A DNA stretch of 64,000 nt, taken from Paragordius varius. Lineage: Eukaryota; Animalia; Nematomorpha. Of the stretch, positions 39,806 through 52,749 are shown piece after piece (position 1 is the stretch's first letter; each line of letters starts with the position of its first letter). Below the pieces are notes generated by a model that ran no database searches, was not told the DNA's origin, and saw nothing but the letters and a program-made list of their open reading frames with translations. The stretch lies in NCBI GenBank assembly GCA_964247055.1, contig OZ176055.1, positions 7,750,001-7,814,000 of the forward strand, written 5' to 3'. The translations under genes and the position numbers were made by a program.

Positions 39806-42800
39806 ATGTTAAAACGACCAATTCCAGTTTGTCTAACAACAAAATTGTATTGAATGGACTTTCACATACCCACAAGCATACAGTAAAGTTTCCTCCGTCG
39901 GCTAAAAATTGTGCTGGCATTAACCTCAAATCTAATTGCAACAATTTGATTGAAAATAGTTGCGAATTATTTCTCAATACAAATAAAACACTTAATCAGT
40001 TATGTGAGAACACAAAAAGCGATACGGAAACACTATATTTAAATGAGAATAAAACTATTGTTGATACATCACAAAAAGGTATTGATGCATTTAACGCCGC
40101 AAACGGAAATCTCGATAATGATAATATAAATAACAATATATTTGATCAACTTTCCGATGATTATCTATTTGAAAATAATTCAAATGATACGCTCATTGAA
40201 AATACGGCCGAAAGTAAGTGTAAAAGGTTAATACTGAACGATAATACCCTTCTAACCAAACCTGAATATGTAAAACAAAAGAACCAAATTTATGATAATC
40301 GTTATTGTGAAAATACGGCGGATTCCTTTGCTCAAATTGTCAAAAATAATCGATTTACTGTTAACGGTAACTCAAAATGTTTTGACCATATTAATCCCGA
40401 AGAACCTAATAATTTCAATCATTTTTATAATACGCATCCTGATTCCAATTCAGAAAATTCATGTGATAATGAAATCAATAACATTGAAAATGGATATTTT
40501 GAAGAGCATTCAGGTAAACAATCAAAATTAATTACTAAATTAGAATGATATAATACTTCTAATTTTTTTAACCACTATTTAATTATAATAACGAATAATT
40601 AAAATTTTAATGGAAAATCAATGTTGTATGGCTCTTACAAATGTGTCTTCATAGTTAACTTCATAATATGTAATCTCTATTAAATTTTGAACTCCGTCAA
40701 TGAAGATTGATAGCAAACGAATGATAATATATTTATAGGTGTTTTGTATTACCCTTAATGTATAAGCTTTTTGGCACATATTCTCAGTTAGTGCTCTTAT
40801 TTTTTACTTCGGTAAGAAAATTAATACATTAAAACTATGAAAGTGTCAAATATATATACATATATATGAAGGTTAAAACAGTATTTTCCCGTTGTAATAC
40901 TAGAATGACTTTTCTATCGATTATCACCATTAATTGAATTGTTAAATAATCATAAGACTATATGTAAAACAGTAATAGTGTTTTTATTTTGTTTAATCAA
41001 AGATTCTATTAACAGATTTAACAACAAACGACAAAAACGACGGAAATCATAAAACTCACGCACAGACAGAGTCGGAATTTGAAACAGAATCTGTACTTTC
41101 CTATCTATCTCATAATGGTGATGGAATGAAACGAGAACCAGCGACTTCTTTACCGATAACTACCACACCGACTAATACATTGCCATATACGCATGGTTCT
41201 TATGCCTCTATTTCCTCGGGGTCTGTCCGCTCCATAGGGGCGCCCTTGTCTGTAGAACAACGTATAACAGATCGCCTAAATGTAAGTTTACATTCATCTT
41301 CATCAACGACTTCTTCATACTATCAACAGCAGTCACAATCACAATTTACTTCCCATTTTGGCGGTAGCCCAGTAAATGCAAACCCAACACACCAAAGTGG
41401 GGAAAGGGCGGAACAATTGAAACAAGAATATTGCATTGATGAAAGCACATTTGAAAGTGCGAAAGAAAGCGGCAGCAGTAGAGAAAAACATCATGTTATT
41501 TATTTTCCCCAATCAACGGCCTCGCTTCCATCAAGTATGTTATGTTATTATAATTAACGTTAACTTGTTCAAACTTTAAAACAAGCTTTTCTTTTCTTTG
41601 GTGTCACATTAGGTAGTAGTGGAATTGCAACGTGTGAAGACGAAGAAGCTGCATGGAGACGCATGATTCTACTATACAGTACATCAGCCACTCCTTTGAC
41701 TGGTAGCTCGACTGCTAACCCTTCCAGAGAAGTACCCCCTACAAATTGCTTTACGAATGTGACAGGTCCCACATCAACAATCGTATCTTCAACAATTAAT
41801 TTTTACAATTATATGGGAGAGTCTTCTACTACCCCTTATCCTGATTGCTCAAAATTCTTGCCAAATTCGACTTTATCATCATCTACTGAACAAACATACA
41901 CAACAATAATTGATCCTTCTTGCTCAAGCTCTATTATCTCTCATTCAAATATATTACCTCCTACAATTTGCTCATCGATATCCTCATATGTGGTTTCTGT
42001 GACCCAACCTTTAGATCAAAATGTTTTAATATAATAGATATGCCTTTTCAATGTTACCTTCGTTATTTATGACTAACAACATGTATATTTTCTAGGTTCC
42101 AAAAACTTGCGAAAATTTTGGTTATAGAGAAAGCCAAGAACCAAGTAGCGCATTTCAGCAAATTATCAATCAAATGAATCAAGTTTAATCTATTTAATTT
42201 TATAGATTCCGAGCGTATTACTTTCCAGCCTTTCCCCTAATGAAATTGAACAATTAAGACATTTTCAACACCAACAATTACAAAACTTTTTATTGCTCAA
42301 TTCATCCCCTCAAACTACTAGTATAGTATCGCAAAATTCGTTACCCATAGTAATTTTGATTTTTATTATATACATTAACATATTATTATGTTTACTTAAT
42401 ATTTTAGTCAATCGGATCAGGCACACAAACCAATGAAAACTTAACAACAATTGTTCCGTCTATTGTATTAACGACAAATAGCTCACAGTCGGGTACGTTA
42501 CAGCCAAACTCTAGTAATATTGTTTCCAGTGAACCAAACATAAAGCTCGAACTTTCTCCAAACGTGAATGTTACGCTTGTTACTAATACTACAACTTTAA
42601 CGCCTCCTTCAACTTTGGCAATAGTTTCATCAGTATCCTTGAGTGGTAGCGTAAGTAGCTCAGTTGTCTCAAGCAAACGAACGCGTCGATCTAGTCCATC
42701 ATCTGTGGGCGGGAGCCGTAAAAAACATGGCCATTCGTCGCACCATAAGACATCTACATCGTCAGCATGTGTTTCCGCCGCTACCAACACTTTGATGACA

Positions 42801-45800
42801 TCTTTATCTATACCACAACAACAACAACAACAATATAGTTGTAGTTCATCAGAAATGCAGCAAATTATGCCTTCATCGCTAACTGTTTCACCTTCGGCCA
42901 TGACTATTACCCCAGCCGCGGCCGCCGCAGCTGCAGCCGCGGCTGCTGCAGCATTCTATTACCATCAACAACAACAACAACAGCAGCAACAACACCATCA
43001 TCATCAATTCCAACAGCACCACCATCATTATCAACAGCAACAGCAGCAGCAAATACCGCAACTTACATCTTCTACGATTGGTACTTTATCCGAAAGCTTG
43101 CAGGTAAATCTGACCAGTGATGCCCTTTCGAGTAGTCCGAGGAAACGTGCTGATGTGGTGTCTATGGCAACAACTCCTTGTCCCATAACAGAACTTCGAC
43201 CAGAATGTGCTACATCATCATCATCATCAATTATGACAAACATCGGGAAAGTAATAACACCCCCATCATCTCCACCACCGGCTGCTTCTTTGCCCCTGCC
43301 CTCGGGTATGATAGCTTTCCAACAAGTAAGTCAGCATCAACAAGTTCCTGTGACATCGGTCTTTCCAACTAACTCGCCAGGCACTATGTACCAAAGCAGC
43401 GATTCAGGAACGCCTGTTGCTTGTTTAGGGACAAAAGTAGATGTCCCTGTAACGCTACCTCAATATCAGTACTCTGCACCACAAGTAAATTAATTTAGAG
43501 ATTTATTAAGTATATTTGTGCAAAGCGCCTACCAACTTAATGGGTGGTGTGAAAAAAAAATTTATTGACTTGACTTGCGAGTTTTTCAAGTCATGGCTTG
43601 TTTGCTTTCATGTGATAAAAAAAGTTTAACATTAGACGACTTTAGTCAAGCAAGAAAACTTGATTCGGAGGTGATAAATATAATATGATCAAGTAAAACT
43701 TGAAGATTTCCCAAGTGTGGTGTAGGGCACACTTGACAGATTGAATAATATGGATTAAATTATTTTGGATATTTAAATATATAGTTTAGGTTTTACATGT
43801 AATTTAAACGTTAATGCTATAAACTGTTTGTTTATTTGATAATTTTTGACTTATTACCCTATTCAAATGGGTGGATATAAAATAGGATAAATTTTTAGAA
43901 AAACTCTGCTTATATTTAAGAACAATATACAAATAAAAATATGCTAAATTTATTAATTCCGTGAACCCGTAAAAATTTGATTCACGAAAATATTTTAAAA
44001 TTAATAAATTAAATATTAATCCTTTTTAAATTTACAAATGATCGTTTAACCAAAAATTATAAACGCTAAAGGATACTTCACTATAAAAACATGTAAAGAG
44101 TTTATTTCAATATAATTTTATATCAAATGTATTGTTGATAATCAATTAAAAACATTTTCCATTATACAAATGGACTACTAATAAAATGAGTAGTATTGTA
44201 AAATAATAGAGAGTGTTTAAGGACGAATGGTTACATCAACTTAACAATTTTTACCAGGCTCAATATATAGAAAAATTTATAATATAAGAGATTTTAAGGC
44301 GAATATATCAATTTTATTATGCTTTTCCCAATAATTGGGATGTAGAGACTCCTTTTATTCATGCATATATTTACTATTTTTAACCAAACAGTTATTAAAT
44401 AAAATTTTTAAAAAATTTATCTATATGTATTAATGCATAAAGAAAATTGGTTTCGCTGCAGAATCTGCTTATGCTCAACCACAGCAACAACAATTACATC
44501 AACAATTAACGTCCAACTTGCCAAAGCTTGAGTTGAGTGAAGATACAATGGATTTAGAAGAGCTTGAACGCTTCGCTAAAATGTTTAAGCAGCGAAGAAT
44601 TAAATTAGGTTTTTATAAATAATAAATGTCTTTCTATTTTAGTATAGGTTAAATATAATCATAATTTAATTTATGAAGATTGTTGTTTACTTTTTTTATT
44701 TCAATCGCATATAGGATATACCCAAGGCGATGTAGGACTCGCCATGGGTAAATTGTACGGGAATGATTTTAGCCAAACTACCATCTCTCGTTTTGAGGCT
44801 TTGAATCTCAGTTTTAAAAATATGTGCAAACTAAAACCCCTGCTTGCTAAATGGTTGGAGGATGCGGACGCAATGTTGTCAGCTGCTGCAGCCGTAGCCA
44901 CAAGCGGTCCTCATTCATCAGCAGTTTTTGGCGCAGCGGCTGCATTTGCAGGTATGCAAGCCGCTGCGACGCATTTAGCCGCCACCTCTGGGGGTACGGT
45001 CACTTCCGGCCCACAAACAACTGGTGACCTAAGTGAATCTGGGACTTTTGCTCAACCAGGGGGTGTGCCTCCTGAACTGTCGGGAATGTCACCTCAACAG
45101 CAACAACAACACAGACTTAGTTTGGAAAGTAGCGCTTCTACCGGTTCGCAGCCTTCAACTTCTTTCCTCCAGCAATATCCATCTGCGTCTTCTTTTGGTT
45201 ATTTAAGCGGTGTGTCTGGAAGCGCTGCCTTACTTGGTATTATTTGGATATTTTGTTGATTATACACGCACATTAGATCAATTTGTTAAGGTTTACACAA
45301 TATTTTTTTTATTTTAGGTGCCGCTGGCAAAAGGCGAAAAAAGAGAACAAGTATTGATACTTCGATTAGAATGAGCTTGGAAAAAGCATTTCTTGTTAAT
45401 CCAAAGCCGGCATCTGAGGATATAACAGCCATAGCGGATGACTTGGGTTTGTTTAATAAACAGATATATTTATATTCTTGTTAAATTGTTTATTATTTGC
45501 TTTTGTTTGGTCGGTTAGAACAAACTATATTTGCCACCACGTTTAAGTTAAAGGTTATTTTATTAAAATATAGTGATCATAATATAGAGTCATAATCGCT
45601 ATAAAAATACCAATTACATCAATATATATATTGATTAAAGTCACTTTCCCTTATTTTTCCCTAGGCATGGAGAAAGAGGTTGTCCGTGTTTGGTTTTGTA
45701 ATCGAAGACAAAAAGAGAAGCGTATAAATCCGCCCCCTGGGGCAGCTATGGCAGCTGCTGCAGCAGCCGCAGCTTATGCTTTTGGGGCTGTTCAACAGCA

Positions 45801-46395
45801 GCAACAACAACAGCAAGCAGCTGGTCTTGGCCAGTCACCTTATATGATGGGCGCGACGCCCGCTGGCTTACCCTCTTCTACTGGGATTGGCCCATCAACA
45901 GCCGGTGATTTGTATGGCACATCATCGTTGGCGTCTGCCTCTTTTCACCATCAGGGAGATGGGGCGGCAGGAGGCAGCAAGTTGGGTGGGACCGGGACAG
46001 CCGCAAGCACGTCTCATCACCCCTCTTCTTTCTTGCAATTCATGAATCCTTTCCTACTTGCTAGTCATTCCATGTTTCGGCCTTCATCGTTACTCCAACA
46101 TACCCAGCCTGCGCCACAGCAAGCATCAGTCCTGACGGCCCCGTCGACTTTTGCACAGATTGGAGCACAACACGTTCAACAACAACAAACCCTTGATACG
46201 TCCTCTAACATGAGAAGTGAACCACCAACTGATCCATCATCTACAGCCAGCAGAGGGCAGCGTCATGAAGAGCAAAAACAGAGTGGAGTCACGAAATCAG
46301 AAATGTCACCTTCACACCTTGGGGACACGGAAGAAGAATTGGAGGATAGCGATGATGATGGCGAAGATTTTTTACTGGGCGAAGATCAGTCATAA
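39806..46395 (+). CDS. nub/POU2F: POU class 2 homeodomain transcription factor (nubbin/pdm/Oct-1-like)
   Basis: POU-specific domain [20 protein letters not shown]|[51 protein letters not shown] and homeodomain [20 protein letters not shown]...DLG|[22 protein letters not shown], both diagnostic of POU2. In-frame exons: 39806-40513, 41016-41534, 41613-~42022, 42096-42182, 42206-42349, 42408-43484, ~44443-44608, 44715-45236, 45318-45446, 45665-46395. Poly-Q/A/H tracts are present. The start codon exon lies upstream and is unresolved. Confidence 0.95.
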
Positions 46396-48433
46396 TTGTG
46401 TCAACTATCAAATTTGATCCAATTATATGATCATTAATTGAAAGAGGCTGCCGATGTTTGGATAATATTGGTTATTTATCTATGGCCATAGTCTTGCATT
46501 TGGAAACGCATTTTCATACATTTAAACCAAGGCATTTACTTACTCCCTCATTGCTCAGAACTATATAATAATGATATCATTTACATTCCATTACATTAGT
46601 CTAATAGAAATCTAGTCATAATTTCTCTAATTCTCAAATCGATTGTCATAAATCATGTTTTGCTCAATCCTTTCAATCTTAAAAGATTGGATGGTTAACC
46701 ACAACTTCGCACATTTATTTTGTATAATGATGCGCTGCTTAGAGTATCATATTTAATTAATAATCAATTAATCATTCCATTATTATTTATACTTATGTAA
46801 ATTATTGCGTTCTAAGTCATTTATGTTTTATCATTTCTATGAATCGTGGAATCTTTTAATAATACCTTATTTTTTTTAATAATGATGTAAAAAAACTTTA
46901 ATTATACAATTAAATCGTACCTCACGGATGTGATAATAGTTTTAAAAACCACACTCTATTTTAGCGACAAATATGCCATAAACTATTTAAATGAATTTTC
47001 ACATATTACCTTTTAATTGTTGTTTTTTTATTTTTTATTAATCAGCGTATTATTTTTTTCTATGTTAATTGTTGAAAATGCTTTAATCGAAATATCTTTA
47101 CAATTAAGATTTATTAACTGAGTATGTGATCATTTACAAAGATGCTAAAATATATGGTTCCTGACATAATAAGAAATAGTCCTAATTTCTATCATACATT
47201 ACAAAGGATAAAAATATTAAGATTGAGTATGATGAAATTTAAAGACATTAAACAAGTACGCGATGATTTTGCTGTGAAATCGAAAAATTAATATATAAGC
47301 TCAAATCACTTCTATGTCACCTACTCAGTTGATAAGATTAATACAATATATTTTTTGAGATGTTTGTCATATTTGCTCATAAACTTGATTAACTAATTTC
47401 TTTTATTTTTAATTTAAATTATACTATTGCGTTTAAATGTAACCATTAAAATATACAAATATAACCCAACACAACAATTAAACAATTAATTATGATAATT
47501 TATTATATATAAATATATATTATATATAGATAATATTACAACCAAACTTATTTTAATATTTATATTTAAATTATCTGTTTAATAATGAGTGAAAATGAAT
47601 TTCATTCACTACTTGACACTTATATTTAATCAATCAAACCAAACCAAACACTTTTTAGATAGCTAGTTTTTACATTAGTGTTTAACAAATTACTTTGATT
47701 TTCAGCACTCTCATTCATTATATATTACACTACGTTCCACCTCCAATTATATCCAAAAATATACCCCCTTAATAAAGAATGAACACTTACAATACAATAA
47801 ATAAATTATTTATTCTCGTATTAATATGCTTTTTTAACATATATCACATAAAAAATTGAGCATAAAGAAATATCAAATTTTTAGGAAATAACCCTAGGAT
47901 GTAGTTAAACTTTAATTCACAAAGCTTGATTTAAAATTAGGTGGTAATTTTTTTTATTTTTTCTCCTAACCTTCCGGTTAGGCATTTTATATTAATCGCA
48001 CTGCACCTCACCGAACCGCGGTCAAACAATGAAACCTGCGCATTGATAAAAAAGTTTCGGATGATGTGACTTTTTTTGTACAAAATTTTTGCACCGATTA
48101 AACGAAGCATTCGATGCTTTTATTTTGTTTGTAAAAAAATAATCCCCAATCTTTGGACACGGTCACCATATATCAGGTTAACTGCATCATCCTAATTTAC
48201 ATTTAAGTCCAAATGATCATTTATTAAAACTATTGTAACTCAAAAATAATTATTATAGACAAACTTTTCGTTTATATAATATCTTTTGGTAGATCTCATA
48301 AGTCAAAAAAATATTTTTATGTTAAGGGCTCCACATCGAAAATTTGCAAAATTACCGACAATTACCAAGTATTATTGAGAAGGAAAAATGCTTTGATACA
48401 CAAATATTTTAAACATACCATAAACTATATTAA

Positions 48434-49530
48434 CACTTTGATTCAAATTGGGGTATCTAAATACTTCAGACTAAATTTTAATTTATATTTTTAGAAAACT
48501 ACTGGAGAAAAGGGTCCCATTCTAAATTTATGCTTCTATCCTAATAAAAATTATAGCAATAAGCCAAAATATCTAAATAAAATTTTGTTTCAAAAAAACT
48601 TCCATGTCAAACTACTTCGACGCCATTTTTATTTTACAAAATTTCGAATCGTGTTCATTTAATTTTAAAGGTAAATTACAGCTAATTTTATATTTAAACT
48701 AGCGTAAATCTCGTGCTGCTACGCACGCCGAGGAAGTCCTTCGGACTTCTGTGGGGCTAGTTGAAAAAAGGGACAATAAAATGATCCACATATGTAGATT
48801 ATTTCGAAACATTATTTTATAGCTATGATCTCATAAAAATTTTCACACGCTGCATTCATACTAATATATTGTTTACTTGGGGGAAAAATAGATTCAAAAA
48901 ATTATTTTTGTGGATTTTGTTTTTTTTTTGAAAAAATGGCATATTACGGGGGGGAGCGGGTAAAAAGAGGGCCTAAATTAAAACAGCGAGCCGACTATGT
49001 TCGGCGCAATCGAAATAAGTAAACAAAAATCATATTTGAAATTGAATGGTCCACACGTTCCCTAGAAAATTGTCTCAACACGATTTTTTTCTGTTTTCAA
49101 AAAAACCGTTTTTTACACGGGGTCCTAAACTGGGGGCCCAATTCAAAAAAGGGCGAAGCTAGTGTCAGGGCATTCATTAATGATTATATTTTTTCGACAT
49201 TTGGATTTGAATGGGTCTACGGGTTTTTCCGGAAACAGATCACAAAGCCAGCATTTTCCATTTTTATAAATATATAGATTACATCTAACATTGATAGAAA
49301 TAGAAAAAGTGGTTTTGTATTATTTTTCAATTTAGCTAATGAACACATGTGTTGACTAATTTTTACCTTTGGGTTTTACATTAAAATAAATGATATGAAG
49401 TATTTTTGAATAAAATTTCGGTTTATTAATGAAGTACAAAATTTTGCCATGGTTTCGATTCCTTCCATATTTTTTTAATTATTCAATTTTAAACAGTGGA
49501 ATCAAAGGACTGAAATGAATGTGTTGAGTG
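48434..49530 (-). mobile_element. piggyBac-like family B copy interrupted by a Helitron
   Basis: TTAA at 48430-48433 and 49531-49534. Removing 48699-49278 restores a sequence collinear with 36172-36742. Confidence 0.8.
48699..49278 (-). mobile_element. Non-autonomous Helitron family copy 3 (580 bp, complete)
   Basis: On the - strand: GATGTAA|TCTATATATTTATAAAAA ... hairpins ... GATTTACGCTAG|TTTAAAT. The empty site GATGTAATTTAAAT is at 36474-36487. This gives 5' TC, 3' CTAG, an A|T target and no TSD. Confidence 0.92.
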
Positions 49531-50259
49531 TTAAAAAAGCAAAACAATATTTACATTAAATATAAAGTTTAGATGTGTCCAAAAATAAATCTTGTTAATA
49601 GGCTAGTGTTGGAAAATAAATGCAAATGAAAATGCGTGATTAAAATCTTTATTATATGTCGGATTATGGTACATGATGGAAACGATATAAAAATCTAAAA
49701 GAATATAAAAAAACTTTTTCTCTTCCTTTCCTGTTTAATCCAAAGATTTCCTTCGAAATTAATTCAAATCAGCTCTACACAACGATGGAAAACCATAGTA
49801 CTTTTGAAACAATGTTATCGATGATTGCTATCAAGATTTAATCCTTAACACATGCCAATCCAAACTTATTTAAAAAAATAAAGATACAAATAAATAAATC
49901 AAGTTTCCTCTAAAATTTCATATCGCAACTTAATCTTTATACCATCGGTAATATTTAAACACTCTATTTCTAAGTTAGTGGGTATAAAAACAAAAAATAA
50001 TTACCTCAATACAATTCCTTAAAAATAAAAGACCATTATTGAACAATAATTGGCAAAAATTATGCCAATTTTCAGGCAATAGATGGCAAAGTGTATACAT
50101 AAGGTGACCAGATTTTTTGAAGGAAAAAGCGGGACAAATCTGAGAAGGGGGGGTCATTGGGGGGTACAACCAAAATATACAAAAAATTTATTGTAATATT
50201 TATTTATTTTTTAACACAAATACATTATATAAAAAAATTGTACTTTACAGGTTGTTTGT

Positions 50260-50960
50260 TAAATTTACATGTGCACGAACAAAGGGTGAAGTGATTGTAC
50301 TAAAAAAAATAATAAAGACGTCACAAGGTGCGCTGGGTGATGCAAGAAGCGGCACAAACAATATTTTTACAATTTAGCGAATAATCTTAATCAAAACATT
50401 ATTGGCAGATACACAACACTATTCAAACAGCTACTGATTTGCCCTGGATGTTGAAAATATAGATCTTAAAATGCTTGGATATTGTAGAACTGTTGGTTAG
50501 CTCTTTTGCTAGCGATTGAAATATTTATAAAGATGTGATCTCCTAGAATCCTATTTTTTATCACTGGTCAAAATTCCAAGTCAAAAAAGGTTAGAAAATA
50601 ATTTTATACCCATTACCTAATCGCAATATTAAAAGCATCCAGTAAAAACAAGGCTCAATGAAAAGAATATAAAAATGTTATACAAACAGAAACGATTATT
50701 TGGAAGACAAGACGGTGCACAATGACATTTTTTATGAAGTATTATTAAATAAATATATTGAATAAAAATTTATATTATGGACAACAGAAAAAAATACGTA
50801 GGATAGAAATGGTTAAAATAATTATTTTTAAACAAATTATGTTCCATACAATAATATTTTAATTGTAGAATTTGCATTATCTTTACCTGAACCACTGCTA
50901 TTGAACGCGTTTTTCCATAGTAAATTAAGTAAGGACACGGAATCAAATTTAAGTTTTTCT
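50260..50960 (+). pseudogene. Second, more decayed hAT transposase remnant in the opposite orientation
   Basis: + strand reads KFTCARTKGEVIV (50260), ARSGTNNIF..LANNLNQNIIG, DLPLDVEN, KMLGYCRT.WLALL.AIE, KRLENNFIP, and the C-terminal motif EFALSLP.TTAIERVF (about 50868-50915), with many indels. Confidence 0.8.
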
Positions 50961-52189
50961 AAATTATTATATTGCGGATGGTTAATGGTATAAAATTATT
51001 TTCTAACCGTTCTTCACATTGGAATTTTAGGATACTAACTTCATTGGCTACTTCGATTGCCGAAATTTTGTCACCTTCTATAAATTTAATAACATTTTGA
51101 AAGAGAAGCTGGATTATGTAAGAATTCTAACCATATTTTTGAAGAATCACTTTCAAAAAACTTTTTTAAAGTTGTAGGACATTTGTCCTGTGATAAAAAA
51201 ATGATTTTAAAGGATCATACATTTTTAAAATTCTTTCGATAGCTGGCATAAAAGCTAACCAACGAGTTTTACAATATCCAATCATTTTTTGATATTGAAC
51301 TTCTGCATTTTCACAGAATTCCTTAAGCGTTTCAACGCATACCGTGTATATATTAACATAGGAATATATTTTAACTACTACATTTTCCACATCTAGGGGT
51401 AACAAATCAGCATCTGTTTGAATAGCGTTGTGTATTATAAATGTTTTGATTAAGATTATCTGTTAATTTATGAAAAATATTTTTTGTTCCCCTCCTTGCT
51501 TTTCCACCAAAGTTCGTATTGGTGTTGTCAGCGCAATATGCGATAATTTTGTCTTTTAAATTATTTTTTAGAATATGCATTATTGAAGTAAATATTATTT
51601 CGGAATTTTCACCGGGTAGAGAAATTAAATGTAAAATTTTAATTTTTACTCCCGTTTCTGAATCCAAATATCTTATTCAAGTGGGAAATAATTTTGTTTC
51701 ATGGTGATTTGATGCATCAGAGTATAGGGATAAAAAATTAATTTTCAGCACATCTTTTTGTATTTCGGAAAATGCATGTGGCGAAAGGGCATTGCACACA
51801 ATGGCTTCAGCCTTTGTACGGGCACATGTAAATTTTTTATGGAATAACGTGCGAATAACTTGTGAGGTAAAAATCCATAGATCTAAAGGAATGATTGTGA
51901 TAAACGGCGTGAATAGATACCACGCACTCAGCTAGTGCCAAATTCTTTTCTTCCTCTCCAAAAGCGGTTTTTCGATAAAAATCGCTCATTTTGTAAGATG
52001 ATGCCGCCATATCCAAACATTTTTTTATGTTTCTGTGTTTCCATTAGTAATATCATGCTTGCCACCATGTTCTAGGGTGAATTCCCCCTCGCATAAAAAA
52101 CATTTAACAAATGATTAATTCTTCGTTTTGATAAAAGGAAATTCTTTCATTGATTTATCGTTGAATCTACAACCTCTTTTTGTATTCAT
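50960..52189 (-). pseudogene. hAT transposase remnant, N-terminal/central part (also present at +9119 in copy 2)
   Basis: ATG at 52189 (MNTKRGCRFND..., BED-like C/H residues), then KFTCARTKAEAIV, IIAYCADNTNTNFGG, LPLDVENVVVKIYSY...KTRWLAFMPAIERIL and ERLENNFIP. Disrupted by stops and frameshifts. Confidence 0.9.
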
Positions 52190-52749
52190 ACTTATAAACT
52201 ACCATTAGTATAATAAATATTATATTACCTTAATTTTCTGGAATAAACGTGTAAGCTACCGATTTGTGGTATTAATGTGTCTTTTAATCTAGAGATTTGT
52301 GGTATTAACTTGGCTTTTTGATAATGATGACAGTAGTAGTAGGAAGCAAAGTGTATAATCATATGATATAAATTCGAAAAAAATAAATATTTTTAATTTG
52401 AAAATAAAAAATTTTAATTTAAAATTGAATAGAATTTAAAAATATTTTATGATAAAAAATTTAAACGGATAAAAAAAATTTATTTGTATTAAAAAAATTT
52501 TTTTTAAGATAATCGTGAAAAAGCGGGACATTTTAAAAACGTAGCGGGAGGCGGGACAAAGTGTGAAAAAGCGGGACTGTCCCGCCAAAAGCGGGACGTC
52601 TGGTCACCTTATGTATACACAAACTATTTGAGTTCAAATCCGACCATAATATACCTTTGATACGATATAAATATTTAAATAATTTATTAATGTGTCAAAA
52701 ACCTAACTCAACTTATATAAAAATTTTGAACAACAAAATATATTAATGC

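Larger units (their letters stand above)
50100..52611. mobile_element. 2512-bp non-autonomous hAT element, copy 1 (Blackjack-like termini)
   Basis: TIR TAAGGTGACCAGA / TCTGGTCACCTTA, subterminal CGGGAC repeats, and an exact 8-bp TSD TGTATACA (50092-50099 and 52612-52619). Confidence 0.95.

Noticed and set aside
41569-43372. Antisense and alternative-frame ORFs over the POU exons (41569-41772, 42404-42901, 43031-43243, 43178-43372; also 44701-44901 and 46217-46417)
   Set aside because: These are shadows of GC-richer, low-complexity coding sequence (poly-C from CAA/CAG repeats) with no independent motifs.
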